DNA from: Armatimonadota bacterium
GTDB lineage: Bacteria; Armatimonadota; Fimbriimonadia; Fimbriimonadales; GBS-DC
Assembly: GCA_023511915.1 (NCBI GenBank)
Contig: JAIMAN010000002.1
Coordinates: forward strand, 13,488-77,487
DNA length: 64,000 nt
Direction: 5' to 3'
Part shown: positions 9,201-18,002 of the stretch, one piece after another
How positions within the stretch are numbered: position 1 is the first letter of the stretch
Layout of the letters: the number at the start of each line of letters is the position of its first letter
The notes under the pieces: model-generated
Seen by the model: the letters and a program-made list of their open reading frames with translations, nothing else
What the model was told of the DNA's origin: nothing
Database searches by the model: none
Position numbers and translations under genes: made by a program

Positions 9201-10021
9201 GGCGTTATGCTCCCCGCGTAGGACGCTTGGAACATCTCCAGCAAGTAGCTCAGCGTCGGGCGCATGTTGCGTCGGGGCACGACGAGGTCGAGCATGCCGT
9301 GTTCGTGCTGGAACTCGGCGGTCTGGAAGTTGGCGGGCGGTTTGCCGACGCTGGCTTGCGCGGCGACGCGCTGCCCTGCAAACCCGACCAGCGCGCCTGG
9401 CTCGGCGAGGATCACATCCGCCAGCGACGCGAAGCTCGCCAGCACGCCTGCCATCGTCGGGTCAGTGAACACAGCGATGTAGGGCAGCCCCGCGCGATGG
9501 AACCTGCCGACCGCCGCTGTGGTTTTTGCCATCTGCATCAGCGAAATCAGCCCCTCCTGCATGCGCGCCCCGCCTGACGCGCAGAACAGAATCACAGGGC
9601 AACGCAGCTCCACCCCACGCTCGAACGCCCGCACGACCTTCTCGCCCACGACCGACCCCATGCTCCCGCCCATAAAGCCGAAGTCCATCGCGCCGATAAC
9701 GATGGGGACGCCGTTCAGTTGGGCAAGCCCTGTGAGGATGGCTTCGTTCTCGCCCGCCGCGCTTGCCCCCTTGCGCAGCTTGTCGGCGTATTCGGGAAAG
9801 CCCAGCGGGTCGGTCGGGCGCAGGTCGGCGTCGGTCTCCTCAAAGGTGTCGGGGTCTACCGTCAGCAGGATACGCTCCCGGGCGCGCAGCCGATGATGAT
9901 GCCCACAGTGCGGACACACCCGCAGCGCGCGCTCGAAATCGGGGCGGAACAGAATCTTCTTGCAGCGGGCGCACTGCACCCACTGCTCCGCATTCGCCTG
10001 CACAATCGCTCGCTTTTGCAT
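9197..10021 (-). CDS. accD: Acetyl-CoA carboxylase carboxyltransferase subunit beta
   Basis: N-terminal Zn ribbon CARCKK...CPHCGHH followed by a carboxyltransferase domain. Start set at ATG 10021 (SD GGAGAGGG) because the longer track ORF would overlap the tRNA. Confidence 0.9.
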   Translation of the reverse strand: MQKRAIVQANAEQWVQCARCKKILFRPDFERALRVCPHCGHHHRLRARERILLTVDPDTFEETDADLRPTDPLGFPEYADKLRKGASAAGENEAILTGLAQLNGVPIVIGAMDFGFMGGSMGSVVGEKVVRAFERGVELRCPVILFCASGGARMQEGLISLMQMAKTTAAVGRFHRAGLPYIAVFTDPTMAGVLASFASLADVILAEPGALVGFAGQRVAAQASVGKPPANFQTAEFQHEHGMLDLVVPRRNMRPTLSYLLEMFQASYAGSITP

Positions 10022-10044
10022 CCCGCCCTCTCCGTAAGTAAGCA

Positions 10045-10133
10045 TGGTGCCGGAGGTGGGACTCGAACCCACACCTGAGTCGCCCCAGACCGATTTTTGA
10101 GACCGGCGCGTCTGCCTGTTCCGCCACTCCGGC
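10045..10133 (-). tRNA. tRNA-Leu (anticodon CAA), long variable arm, CCA encoded
   Basis: The reverse complement folds as a cloverleaf. Acceptor GCCGGAG/CTCCGGC; anticodon stem CCGGT/ATCGG with loop CTCAAAA; T-arm GTGGG-TTCGAGT-CCCAC; 3' ACCA. Confidence 0.9.
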
Positions 10134-10240
10134 TTGGAGCGTGTATTATACCCAATCGCACAACCTGGAAAGGTCGCAGGGTGAATTCGGGTACAATCTC
10201 AGCGATGAAGGTATACAGGCAGGCACAGTCAACAATAATT

Positions 10241-10281
10241 CCCCGTATCCTTAAGGTTCCGATTGCAACGCAGGGGGAACC
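10241..10281 (+). repeat. Degenerate partial copy of the GGTTCCCC/GGGGAACC palindromic element
   Basis: ccccgtatCCTTAAGGTTCCgattgcaacGCAGGGGGAACC aligns with the 5' half of the elements at 35570 and 28468 (reverse). Lies between tRNA-Leu and the S41 peptidase signal peptide. Confidence 0.5.
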
Positions 10282-10300
10282 GATCAGGGCGCAAGCGCGG

Positions 10301-11611
10301 TTGACCTTGCTTGAAGGGGGAATCTTACGGAGAGGGCTGCTACAGGTACTTCTTATCCTATCATTAGCACTCACCCTCCTCGCCTGCGCGCCCAGTCAGC
10401 GGCTGACGGAGCAGCAGCGCGTCGAGGTGTTCCAGTTCGTGTGGGAGGAGGTGCGCCGCTCGCACTACGATCCCAAACTGGGCGGGGTAGATTGGGACGC
10501 GGTGCGCGAGGCGTACCTGCCGAGAGCACGCACCGCCGAGAGCGACGCCGCCTTCTACGCCGTGCTGAATGAGATGCTCGGCGAGCTGAAGCAGTCGCAC
10601 TTCGGGGTGATCCCGCCTGGCGCGTTCGTGGCGCAGGAGGAGGCGCGCCAGCGCGTCAGCGGCGGCGAGGTCGGCGTCACGGTGCAGTTGGTGGAGGGCA
10701 AGCCTGTGGTAGTGCGCGTCCGCGACGGCTCGCCTGCTGCACGGATGGGCGTCCCGCCGGGCGCGGAGCTGCTCGCCATCGACGACATGCCCGCCGACGC
10801 GATCGTGCAGCGCATTCGCGCCCGCAACCTGCCCGCAGTGGAGGAACGCTTCGAGGCGTACCTGGCGTTCCGCGCGTACCTGAGCGGGCGCGTCGGCAGC
10901 ACGGTCGCCTTGCGCTACCGCGACTGGGACGGCATTGAGCGCACGATGACGCTCACGCGCGAGGCGGCGTCGGGCGAGCGTGTGCAGTTCGGGTTGTTGC
11001 CCGAGTTGCGCGTGCGTATCGAGAGCCGCATCCTGCCTGGCAACATCGGCTACCTCGCCTTCAACGCTTTCATGCCGCCCGTGATGCGCGAGTTGCCCAA
11101 CCGCTTGCGCGAACTGCGGGACACGCGCGGGCTGATTATCGACCTGCGCGAGAACCTCGGCGGGATTGGGCTGATGGCGGGCGGCGTGGCGGGCTATCTG
11201 TTGCCCCGCGAGACGCCGTTGGGCATCATGCGCCTGCGCGACGGCACTTTCGGCATCGTCGCCTATCCCCAGCAGCCCCAGTATGCCAAGCCTGTGGTCG
11301 TGCTGGTGGACGAGTTCTCGGTCAGCACCGCCGAGATTCTCGCGGCGGGCTTGCAGGAGACCAAACGCGCGGTCATCGTCGGTCGCCCAACGCCAGGCAA
11401 GGCGTTGCCGTCCAAAATCGTCGCGCTGCCGCACGGGGGCTACCTGCAGTGCGTGCTGGCGGACTACGAGACGGCGGGTAAGCGACGCATCGAGGGAATC
11501 GGTGTGCAGCCCGACATCTCGGTAGACCTCACCCGCGAGGCGTTCCGAACTGCACGCGACCCCGCCCTCCAGCGGGCAGTGGAGTACCTGCTGCGGCAAT
11601 CCGCGAGGTAG
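10301..11611 (+). CDS. S41 family C-terminal processing peptidase with PDZ domain, probable lipoprotein
   Basis: DLRENLGG, the VSTAEILAAGL serine region and GRPTPGK lysine, plus a PDZ-like segment. Lipobox LALTLLAC. Start is uncertain. In-frame TTG at 10301/10307 gives a normal signal peptide; ATG 10205 would read through the repeat copy; track start 10097 overlaps the tRNA. Confidence 0.8.
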   Translation: MTLLEGGILRRGLLQVLLILSLALTLLACAPSQRLTEQQRVEVFQFVWEEVRRSHYDPKLGGVDWDAVREAYLPRARTAESDAAFYAVLNEMLGELKQSHFGVIPPGAFVAQEEARQRVSGGEVGVTVQLVEGKPVVVRVRDGSPAARMGVPPGAELLAIDDMPADAIVQRIRARNLPAVEERFEAYLAFRAYLSGRVGSTVALRYRDWDGIERTMTLTREAASGERVQFGLLPELRVRIESRILPGNIGYLAFNAFMPPVMRELPNRLRELRDTRGLIIDLRENLGGIGLMAGGVAGYLLPRETPLGIMRLRDGTFGIVAYPQQPQYAKPVVVLVDEFSVSTAEILAAGLQETKRAVIVGRPTPGKALPSKIVALPHGGYLQCVLADYETAGKRRIEGIGVQPDISVDLTREAFRTARDPALQRAVEYLLRQSAR

Positions 11612-11622
11612 TGTGGTTTAGG

Positions 11623-11628
11623 TATATT
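11623..11628 (+). promoter_or_regulatory. -10 box (GGTATATT) 7 nt upstream of ATG 11636; probable leaderless transcript
   Basis: Member of the recurrent GGTAYAMT motif. No SD lies between the box and the ATG. Confidence 0.45.
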
Positions 11629-11635
11629 TTAACCG

Positions 11636-11875
11636 ATGCCCAAGCGAACTGAGATTGAGTTGTCGCCATCACACTGGCAGCGGCTGAGCCAATTAGCGAA
11701 GCGACGCAAGAAAAGTGTCTCGCAGCTGATTGCGGATGCCGTTGACCAGTACCTGCAGCGTGAGCAGCAGTCGGATTGGGAAGAGCGAAAGCGACGCGCG
11801 CTTGCCGCCGTTGGGCGTTTTCCTGCAGACCCTGACCTTGCGGAGAGGCATGATGAGTATTGGACACGAGGCTAA
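11636..11875 (+). CDS. Ribbon-helix-helix (CopG/antitoxin-like) protein
   Basis: The N-terminal pattern IELSPSHWQRLSQLAKRRKKSVSQLIADAVDQYL fits a beta-strand plus two helices, as in RHH domains. No toxin gene follows. Confidence 0.55.
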   Translation: MPKRTEIELSPSHWQRLSQLAKRRKKSVSQLIADAVDQYLQREQQSDWEERKRRALAAVGRFPADPDLAERHDEYWTRG

Positions 11876-11876
11876 A

Positions 11877-12890
11877 CTACTCCCCATCCCGCCCCTGCCG
11901 TATCTCGCGAATCGCTTGTAGGTGTTCCGCGTAGGTGCGCGAGAAGCGGTGGTAGCCGTTCGCCTGCGCCACATAAAACAGATACTCCGTCTGCTCAGGC
12001 TCCAACGCCGCGCGGATGCTCGCTAAGCCTGGGCTGGCAATCGGTCCTGGGGGCAGCCCGCGCCGCAAGTAGGTGTTGTAGGGTGACTCGTGGCGCAGGT
12101 CTTTATACAGCACGCGCTCTTTCCACAAGCCCATCCCGTATAGCACCGTCGCGTCGATTTGCAGGGGCATGTTGATGCGCAGGCGGTTGTAGATGACCGA
12201 CGCCACACGCGGGCGCTCGTCGTCGTGCAGCACCTCCTTCTCGATCATCGAGGCAATCGTCAGCAGTTCGTGCAAGGTCAGCCTGCGCTGTGCCATCGTC
12301 TGTTTGTAGGGCAGGTACACATAGCGTCGGGTCGCCTCCAGCATCGTGCGAATCGCCTGCTCCGCGCCTGTGCCTGGCGGCAAGCGGTAAGTGCTGGGGA
12401 ACAGGTAGCCCTCCAGGTGCAGGCTATCGGGCAGGGGCATGTCGATGTCCTTGAAGCGTTGCGGTTGGCGACACAGCGCGAGGAACTCGTCTTTGTCGGC
12501 AATCCCGCGCTCGTGCAGTCGTTCGGCAATTCGCGCGAGTGTCCAGCCTTCGGGGATGGTGACCCAGTTGCGCGTGAAGCGTTCGTGGACGAGGATGTCG
12601 GCGATTTCGAGCAGGCTCTGGTTCGGGCTGAACTCGTAGTCGCCTGCAGCGACGGTTGGCTTGCCCCGCCAGCGCAGCAGCCATGCCAGCAGGCGCGGGT
12701 TGCGAATCAGTTTGCGCTGATACAGCCGCTGCGCCAAGGCGTCAGCGTCCATCGGCTGTTTGAGGCGCACCAGTTGGGGCTGAAAGGCGCGGCTTATGGG
12801 GCGCACTTGCAGGTAGAACCAGCCGCCCGCGCCGCCCCCCACCAGCAGCAGCGCTGCCAACAGCCCCAGCCACACCCATCGCTTGCGCAT
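11877..12890 (-). CDS. mltG: Endolytic murein transglycosylase MltG (YceG family)
   Basis: N-terminal TM anchor and the YceG-like core (LTIASMIEKEVLHDDERPRVASVIYNRLRINMPLQIDATVLY). Confidence 0.85.
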   Translation of the reverse strand: MRKRWVWLGLLAALLLVGGGAGGWFYLQVRPISRAFQPQLVRLKQPMDADALAQRLYQRKLIRNPRLLAWLLRWRGKPTVAAGDYEFSPNQSLLEIADILVHERFTRNWVTIPEGWTLARIAERLHERGIADKDEFLALCRQPQRFKDIDMPLPDSLHLEGYLFPSTYRLPPGTGAEQAIRTMLEATRRYVYLPYKQTMAQRRLTLHELLTIASMIEKEVLHDDERPRVASVIYNRLRINMPLQIDATVLYGMGLWKERVLYKDLRHESPYNTYLRRGLPPGPIASPGLASIRAALEPEQTEYLFYVAQANGYHRFSRTYAEHLQAIREIRQGRDGE

Positions 12891-12894
12891 GGCG

Positions 12895-13272
12895 CTATGC
12901 TTGCGAGGCGCGTGTCCGCGCCCGTCGCGCCCAGTACACCACTACGCGCGGCAGACCTGTGAACAGCGCGACGCCCGCCAGCGAAATCACCCAGAACACG
13001 GGGCTAATCGTCCCCAGCAGCCCGCGCCCAATCAGCCAGTTACGCAGCATAATCCCCAGCGTCACGCCCAACGCCCACGCAACGGGCAGCGACCACTTCG
13101 GGGGCTGCGCCCGATAGACGCCCGCTACAATCGCCGCGACGAACCATCCCGCCAGAAACGCGGGCAGGTTGCGTTGCAGCCCGAACTCGTCCAGCGTGCC
13201 ATGACTGCGCAGACCCGTCAGCACGAACAACCCAATCGCCAGCGCGTCGATTGCTATCCAGCCCCAACGCAT
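12895..13272 (-). CDS. DUF3054-like small integral membrane protein
   Basis: Four predicted TM helices. N-terminal WIAIDALAIGLFVLTGLRSHG is typical of DUF3054. Confidence 0.55.
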   Translation of the reverse strand: MRWGWIAIDALAIGLFVLTGLRSHGTLDEFGLQRNLPAFLAGWFVAAIVAGVYRAQPPKWSLPVAWALGVTLGIMLRNWLIGRGLLGTISPVFWVISLAGVALFTGLPRVVVYWARRARTRASQA

Positions 13273-13286
13273 GTGATGAGGATACC

Positions 13287-15329
13287 CTACCGTGCGGGGG
13301 ATTTGGGCGACTTGGGCGGCTCAAGGCGCGGGAAGTAGATACTGAAGCAGGTTCCCTTGCCGACCTCCGTGCGCACCTCGATATAGCCCCCCAACTGCTG
13401 CACTGCGCCTTGCACAGCCGCCAGACCCATTCCCGTGCCCTGACCGAACGGCTTGGTGGTGTAGAACGGCTCGAAGATGTGGGGCAGCACTTCGGGCGGG
13501 ATGCCTGTGCCTGTATCTTCCACTTCCAGAAGCACATAGCGCCCGTTGGGGACAATTGGCGTGCGGGCGCGGCGCAGGGTCTTGTTGCGCACGCGCAGGG
13601 TAATCGCGCCGCCGTTGGGCATCGCGTCGCGGGCGTTCACGACCAAGTTCAGCACAATCTGCAGCAGCAGGTTCGAGTCGGCGTTGGCTTGCCAGAGGTT
13701 CGGCTCGATCTCGGTGCGTAGGCGGACGCTTTCGGGCAGCACGCGGCGCAGGATGTCGAGCGTGCCCTGTAGCCACTCGCCCAGGTTCATCGGCGCGGGC
13801 TGGATGACCTGCCTGCGGGCATACGCCAGCAGCTGCTTGTTTAGGTCGGCAGCGCGCTCGGCTGCCTTCAGAATGCCGTCCAGGTAGTGCAGGATGGTCT
13901 CGTCCTGCATGCGCCCGCGCGCCAGCTCCGCGTAGCCAATCACGGCGGTCAGCACATTGTTGAAGTCGTGCGCAATCCCGCCCGCCAGCCTGCCGATGCT
14001 CTCCAAGCGGTAGGCGCGGTCTAACTCCTGCTGTAGGCGGCGTAGTTCACTAATGTTGGTCATCACGCCCCAAGTGCGAATCAGATTACCGTCTTCCACC
14101 ACTCCGAAAAAGCTGTTTACAAACCATCGTTCGCTCCCATCGAAGCCGCGCGTGCGCGACACAAAGCCCTCAAGACGATAGCCGTTCTCGACGAAAGTCT
14201 TCAACATCGCGCGAATCTCTGGGTCTGTGGGGTCTATCATCTCGTTCAGGTGCTTCCCGATAAGCTGGTCGGGCGACTCTGCGCCGTGCGCCCGCGCGAA
14301 CGCCAAGTTGCACTCGCCGATGTAGGATGTCTCAAAGAAGAAGCGCAGCTGCTCCTCGATAGGAAGGCGGATATCCATCGGCTTAGACTTATCGAAGCGC
14401 ACGATGCACTCGTTGGCGTACTGTACGAAGTGGCGATAGCGCTCCTCGCTTTCTTGCAGGGCGCGTTGGGTGCGGATCAGCTCCGTCACATCGCGAAACA
14501 TGCCCCATGTGCCCCACAATAGCCCTTCGGAAACAATCCCTTGAAAGCTACACAGATAATAGATTTTCTCGCCTGTGGACAGACGGGCGGTGAATAGCCA
14601 GTTGTTGAGGCGATACCCACTGAGAATCACCTGCCGCATTAACTCGCGGTTTTGCGGGTCGTGGGGCGAGACGCGCGTGCGCGTCATCGTGCCCAGCAGC
14701 TCGCTCGGACTGCTTGCGCCCCACATCCGACAGAACGCCATATTGCATTCCGCCAAGTAGCTGCGCTCGAAAATCAGTTCGATCTGCTCCTCTACGGGCA
14801 ACTGGACAGGAATCGGCTCGGTCATCATGTCGCGCCAGATGGCTTCGCTGGAGAGTCGGATGAAGGCTTGGTAGCGATTGTAGCTGGCTTCTAGCGCTTC
14901 CTGTGCCCGCACGCGATCGGTGACATCGAAGCAAATGAGGTGGATGACGGTTCGCCCCCGAATAGCGATCTGCGCGAAATGCGCCTCGACGACTCGCACC
15001 TCGCCCGACGCGGTGTGTTGGAGCGCAAGCTTCTTTCCGTAGCGGTTCTGCATAAAGAGCGGCTGGATGTCGCGCGTCCAATCCAGCCCGGCGCACACGC
15101 ACATGATGTCCCCCCGCCCCAGAAGCGCATCGCCATAGAATGCGCGCGCTGCGGCGTTCGCCGCCAGAATCGCGCCCGTATCGAAATCCAGCAGCAGCTG
15201 CGGGATGTCGCTCTCATGAAACAGCTGCGTCCCCCACTCGTGAACTTCCAGCGTATGCTCCAGTTCCGCGACGTGTCGCTTGAGTTTCTCATTCTCCGTT
15301 TGCAACTGCGCTATCAGCACCTCGTGCAT
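13287..15329 (-). CDS. Multi-PAS sensor histidine kinase
   Basis: N-terminal coiled coil and several PAS-like segments. HisKA H-box GGIAHDFNNVLTAVIGYAELA; HATPase_c N/G boxes (NLVVNARDAM, DTGTGI, GTGMGLA). SD AGGAGG. Confidence 0.85.
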   Translation of the reverse strand: MHEVLIAQLQTENEKLKRHVAELEHTLEVHEWGTQLFHESDIPQLLLDFDTGAILAANAAARAFYGDALLGRGDIMCVCAGLDWTRDIQPLFMQNRYGKKLALQHTASGEVRVVEAHFAQIAIRGRTVIHLICFDVTDRVRAQEALEASYNRYQAFIRLSSEAIWRDMMTEPIPVQLPVEEQIELIFERSYLAECNMAFCRMWGASSPSELLGTMTRTRVSPHDPQNRELMRQVILSGYRLNNWLFTARLSTGEKIYYLCSFQGIVSEGLLWGTWGMFRDVTELIRTQRALQESEERYRHFVQYANECIVRFDKSKPMDIRLPIEEQLRFFFETSYIGECNLAFARAHGAESPDQLIGKHLNEMIDPTDPEIRAMLKTFVENGYRLEGFVSRTRGFDGSERWFVNSFFGVVEDGNLIRTWGVMTNISELRRLQQELDRAYRLESIGRLAGGIAHDFNNVLTAVIGYAELARGRMQDETILHYLDGILKAAERAADLNKQLLAYARRQVIQPAPMNLGEWLQGTLDILRRVLPESVRLRTEIEPNLWQANADSNLLLQIVLNLVVNARDAMPNGGAITLRVRNKTLRRARTPIVPNGRYVLLEVEDTGTGIPPEVLPHIFEPFYTTKPFGQGTGMGLAAVQGAVQQLGGYIEVRTEVGKGTCFSIYFPRLEPPKSPKSPAR

Positions 15330-15489
15330 GAGAGCCTCCTGCAGTTAATTTTGGCATGTTCCCCATAGTTCCTATCGCATGTTTCGTAGGAAATCGTATT
15401 TAAGGGGCGAATTGCCGACGCTGCTTGCACAGCGGCAGGAATCACGCGCTCATGGGCGAATCTCTGCGCCATCACAGGAGGGCGTTCTT

Positions 15490-16593
15490 ATGCTGAAATT
15501 TGCGTCTGCCGATCAGCTACTGGATATTTGCTATGAGCGCGATGCGTCGGACATCCACATCGTGCCGAACGAGCCTGCGACGCTGCGCCTGCACGGGCGG
15601 CTGGTGCGCTTGGAGGAGTACGGCGAGCTCAGCCCTGCCGACACGGAGCGGCTGTTCCGTGAGGTTGCGCCGCCGCGCGCGATTCACGAGCTGGAGCGCG
15701 TGCGCACCGCCGACTTCGGCTACACCCACGCCAAAGCGCGGTTCCGCGTCGCCGCCTACTACGAAAAAGGCTCTATCGCCATCAACTTCCGCCTCATCCC
15801 GTACCGCTTGCGCAGCTTCGAGGAGATTGGGCTGCCCGACACGGTCAAGCGACTGCTCCACCTCCCGCGCGGGCTGGTGCTGGTCACAGGTCCCACAGGC
15901 TCTGGGAAGACCACCACGCTGGCGACGATGATCGACTACATCAACGCGAACCGCGAGACGCATATCGTGACGGTCGAGGACCCGATTGAGTATTTCCACA
16001 GCGCGAAGAAGTCGGTGATTAGCCAGCGCGAGGTGGGCGTTGATGTGCCCAGCTTCGACGAGGGCGTCATCCGCGCGATGCGTATGGATCCCGATGTGAT
16101 TCTGGTGGGCGAGATGCGCGACCTCAAGACGATTCAAGCCGCCATTACCGCTGCCGAGACGGGGCACCTCGTGTTCGCCACCGTCCACACCACAGGCGCG
16201 GCGCGCACGGTGGAGCGCATCGTCGATGTGTTCCCGCACGAGCAACAGGAGCAGATTCGCGTGCAGCTCAGCACGAACCTCGTGGCGATTATCTCGCAAC
16301 TGTTGCTGCCGCGCGCTGACCGACCGGGGCGCGTCGCCGCGTTCGAGATTATGTATGTCACCCCTGCGATTGGGCACATGATTCGCGAGCGCAAGATTCA
16401 CAGCATCGAGTCGGCGATTCAGACGGGGCAGCAGCTGGGGATGATTTCGCTGGACAACCACCTGATGTTTTTGTATCAGCATAAACTCATCACGCGCGAG
16501 GAGATGTACCGCGTGGCGCAGAACCCCGAAGACATCGCTTCGCGCTTAGGCGAGCAGCTGCCCGAAACGGCGATGGCGCGTCAGGCGGTGTAG
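15490..16593 (+). CDS. pilT: Type IV pilus retraction ATPase PilT
   Basis: DIHI..., Walker A GPTGSGKTTTLA, DPDVILVGEMRD, and the characteristic AIGHMIRE motif. Start at ATG 15490 after SD GGAGGG; the track ORF start at 15379 is unsupported. Confidence 0.9.
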   Translation: MLKFASADQLLDICYERDASDIHIVPNEPATLRLHGRLVRLEEYGELSPADTERLFREVAPPRAIHELERVRTADFGYTHAKARFRVAAYYEKGSIAINFRLIPYRLRSFEEIGLPDTVKRLLHLPRGLVLVTGPTGSGKTTTLATMIDYINANRETHIVTVEDPIEYFHSAKKSVISQREVGVDVPSFDEGVIRAMRMDPDVILVGEMRDLKTIQAAITAAETGHLVFATVHTTGAARTVERIVDVFPHEQQEQIRVQLSTNLVAIISQLLLPRADRPGRVAAFEIMYVTPAIGHMIRERKIHSIESAIQTGQQLGMISLDNHLMFLYQHKLITREEMYRVAQNPEDIASRLGEQLPETAMARQAV

Positions 16594-16599
16594 CGGGCG

Positions 16600-17391
16600 A
16601 TGCGCTTCCGCAACAAGGTGGTCTGGATCACGGGCGCGTCGTCGGGCATCGGCGAGGCGCTGGCGTATGCGTTCTCGCGCGAGGGAGCGCACCTGATCCT
16701 CACGGCGCGTCGCCGCGAGCGACTTGAAGCCGTGCGCGACGCCTGCACGGGCGAGGGCAAACGCCTGCTGCTGCCGTTCGATGTCACCGACTACGGGTGC
16801 CACCCGACGATGGTCGGCGCAGCCGTTGAACACTTCGGGCAGGTGGACATCCTTGTCAACAACGCGGGCGTCTCGCAACGCTCGCTCGTGCTGGAGACCG
16901 ACTTCAGCGTCGATCGGCGCATTATGGAGGTCAACTACTTCAGCGTGGTGTCGCTGACCAAGGCGGTGCTGCCGTATATGATTGAGCGCGGCGGCGGGCA
17001 CATCGCGGTGGTGAGCAGCCTGCTGGGCAAGTTCAGCACGCCGTTGCGCTCGGCGTACTGCGCCTCCAAGCACGCGCTGCACGGCTATTTTGACGCCCTT
17101 CGCGCGGAAGTGTACGACCAAAACATCCGCATCACGCTGATTTGCCCTGGCTTTGTGCGCACGGAGGTCTCGCTGCACGCGCTGCGCGGCGACGGGCAGG
17201 AACACGGGCGCATGGACGACGCCATCGAGAAGGGCATGCCCGCCGAAGTCTGCGCCCGCCATATCCTGAACGCCCTGCACAAGCGCAAGGAGGAGGTTTA
17301 CATCGCCCGCTACGAGAAAATCGCACTGTACCTCAAGCGGTTCGCGCCGGGGCTGTTTTCCAAGCTGATTCGCAAGGCGAAGGTGGCTTAA
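16600..17391 (+). CDS. SDR family oxidoreductase
   Basis: TGASSGIGEALA cofactor motif, NNAG, and catalytic YCASKHAL. Confidence 0.85.
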   Translation: MRFRNKVVWITGASSGIGEALAYAFSREGAHLILTARRRERLEAVRDACTGEGKRLLLPFDVTDYGCHPTMVGAAVEHFGQVDILVNNAGVSQRSLVLETDFSVDRRIMEVNYFSVVSLTKAVLPYMIERGGGHIAVVSSLLGKFSTPLRSAYCASKHALHGYFDALRAEVYDQNIRITLICPGFVRTEVSLHALRGDGQEHGRMDDAIEKGMPAEVCARHILNALHKRKEEVYIARYEKIALYLKRFAPGLFSKLIRKAKVA

Positions 17392-17399
17392 AGTGGGCA

Positions 17400-17426
17400 G
17401 CGCCGGGAAGTGGGCGTTCCCGGCGC
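17400..17426 (+). terminator. GC-rich hairpin after the SDR gene (possible terminator, no U-tract)
   Basis: GCGCCGGGAA-gtgggcg-TTCCCGGCGC, a perfect 10-bp stem 9 nt after the stop. Confidence 0.3.
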
Positions 17427-17645
17427 TGTGGGTGTAGGGCGCGTGCGTGGGAGGGATGAAAAGCTTACTCGTGCGCCTGCTGGAGGCGCTGGGCGAATCG
17501 ACGCCCCGCTTCGTCGATTCGCGCCAGCGTCTCACTGAGCGCGACCTGCGCCCCGCTTCGCAAGTCGCGCACTGCAGGAGGAGGTACAGGCATGCAAAGT
17601 CTGACCAACCCCAATCCTGTCTGCGCGGCGTCGCGCACTATCCGT

Positions 17646-17867
17646 TCACGCGGCGTCATCCCAATCCTCACTGCCCTTAGACAGCTCGACCCGCTTGGCA
17701 GGTTCCGCCGAGCCGTAGTCCCAGTTGTCGCAATCCAGCCTTCGGCAATACAGCATTCGCTGTACTCTACCGTCCGCCATCTCCACATCCGCAATATCGG
17801 CGAACCGACATCGCGTGCATAACTCAGGTTCCAGAAGGCGCACGACCTTCAATTCGCGCTTGGACAT
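17646..17867 (-). CDS. Small Cys-containing hypothetical protein (73 aa)
   Basis: ATG preceded by GAGG. CxxC...CxxxxC spacing (CTRC / CRRLDC) suggests a zinc ribbon. I recognise no family. Confidence 0.35.
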   Translation of the reverse strand: MSKRELKVVRLLEPELCTRCRFADIADVEMADGRVQRMLYCRRLDCDNWDYGSAEPAKRVELSKGSEDWDDAA

Positions 17868-18002
17868 ATCCCGACCTCATCGTGTGGTTTTCGGAAGGCG
17901 TTGCCCACCGAAGGCTATTATCGGCTATTGGACTGCAGGAATGCAGGGGCAGGTTCCGAATAATATTGCGGGTTTTGCCCTGTAGGAGGTACGATTCGGA
18001 CG

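Noticed and set aside
10045-10300. Integrated element at tRNA-Leu
   Set aside because: No integrase, direct repeat of the tRNA 3' end, or foreign gene block is present. The tRNA is flanked directly by accD and the S41 peptidase gene, with only a degenerate palindromic repeat copy in between.
10364-11599. 411-aa minus-strand ORF; likewise 31297-32754 (485 aa), 16546-17535 (329 aa), 43753-44727 (324 aa), 57909-59033 (374 aa), 59706-60968 (420 aa) and 5210-6208 (332 aa, plus strand)
   Set aside because: Each lies wholly opposite a gene with strong family evidence: S41 peptidase, argS, SDR, rpsA, the 56304 protein, the barrel protein and the RseB-like gene. Each shows the Arg/Ala/Gly/His bias of non-coding frames in GC-rich DNA.
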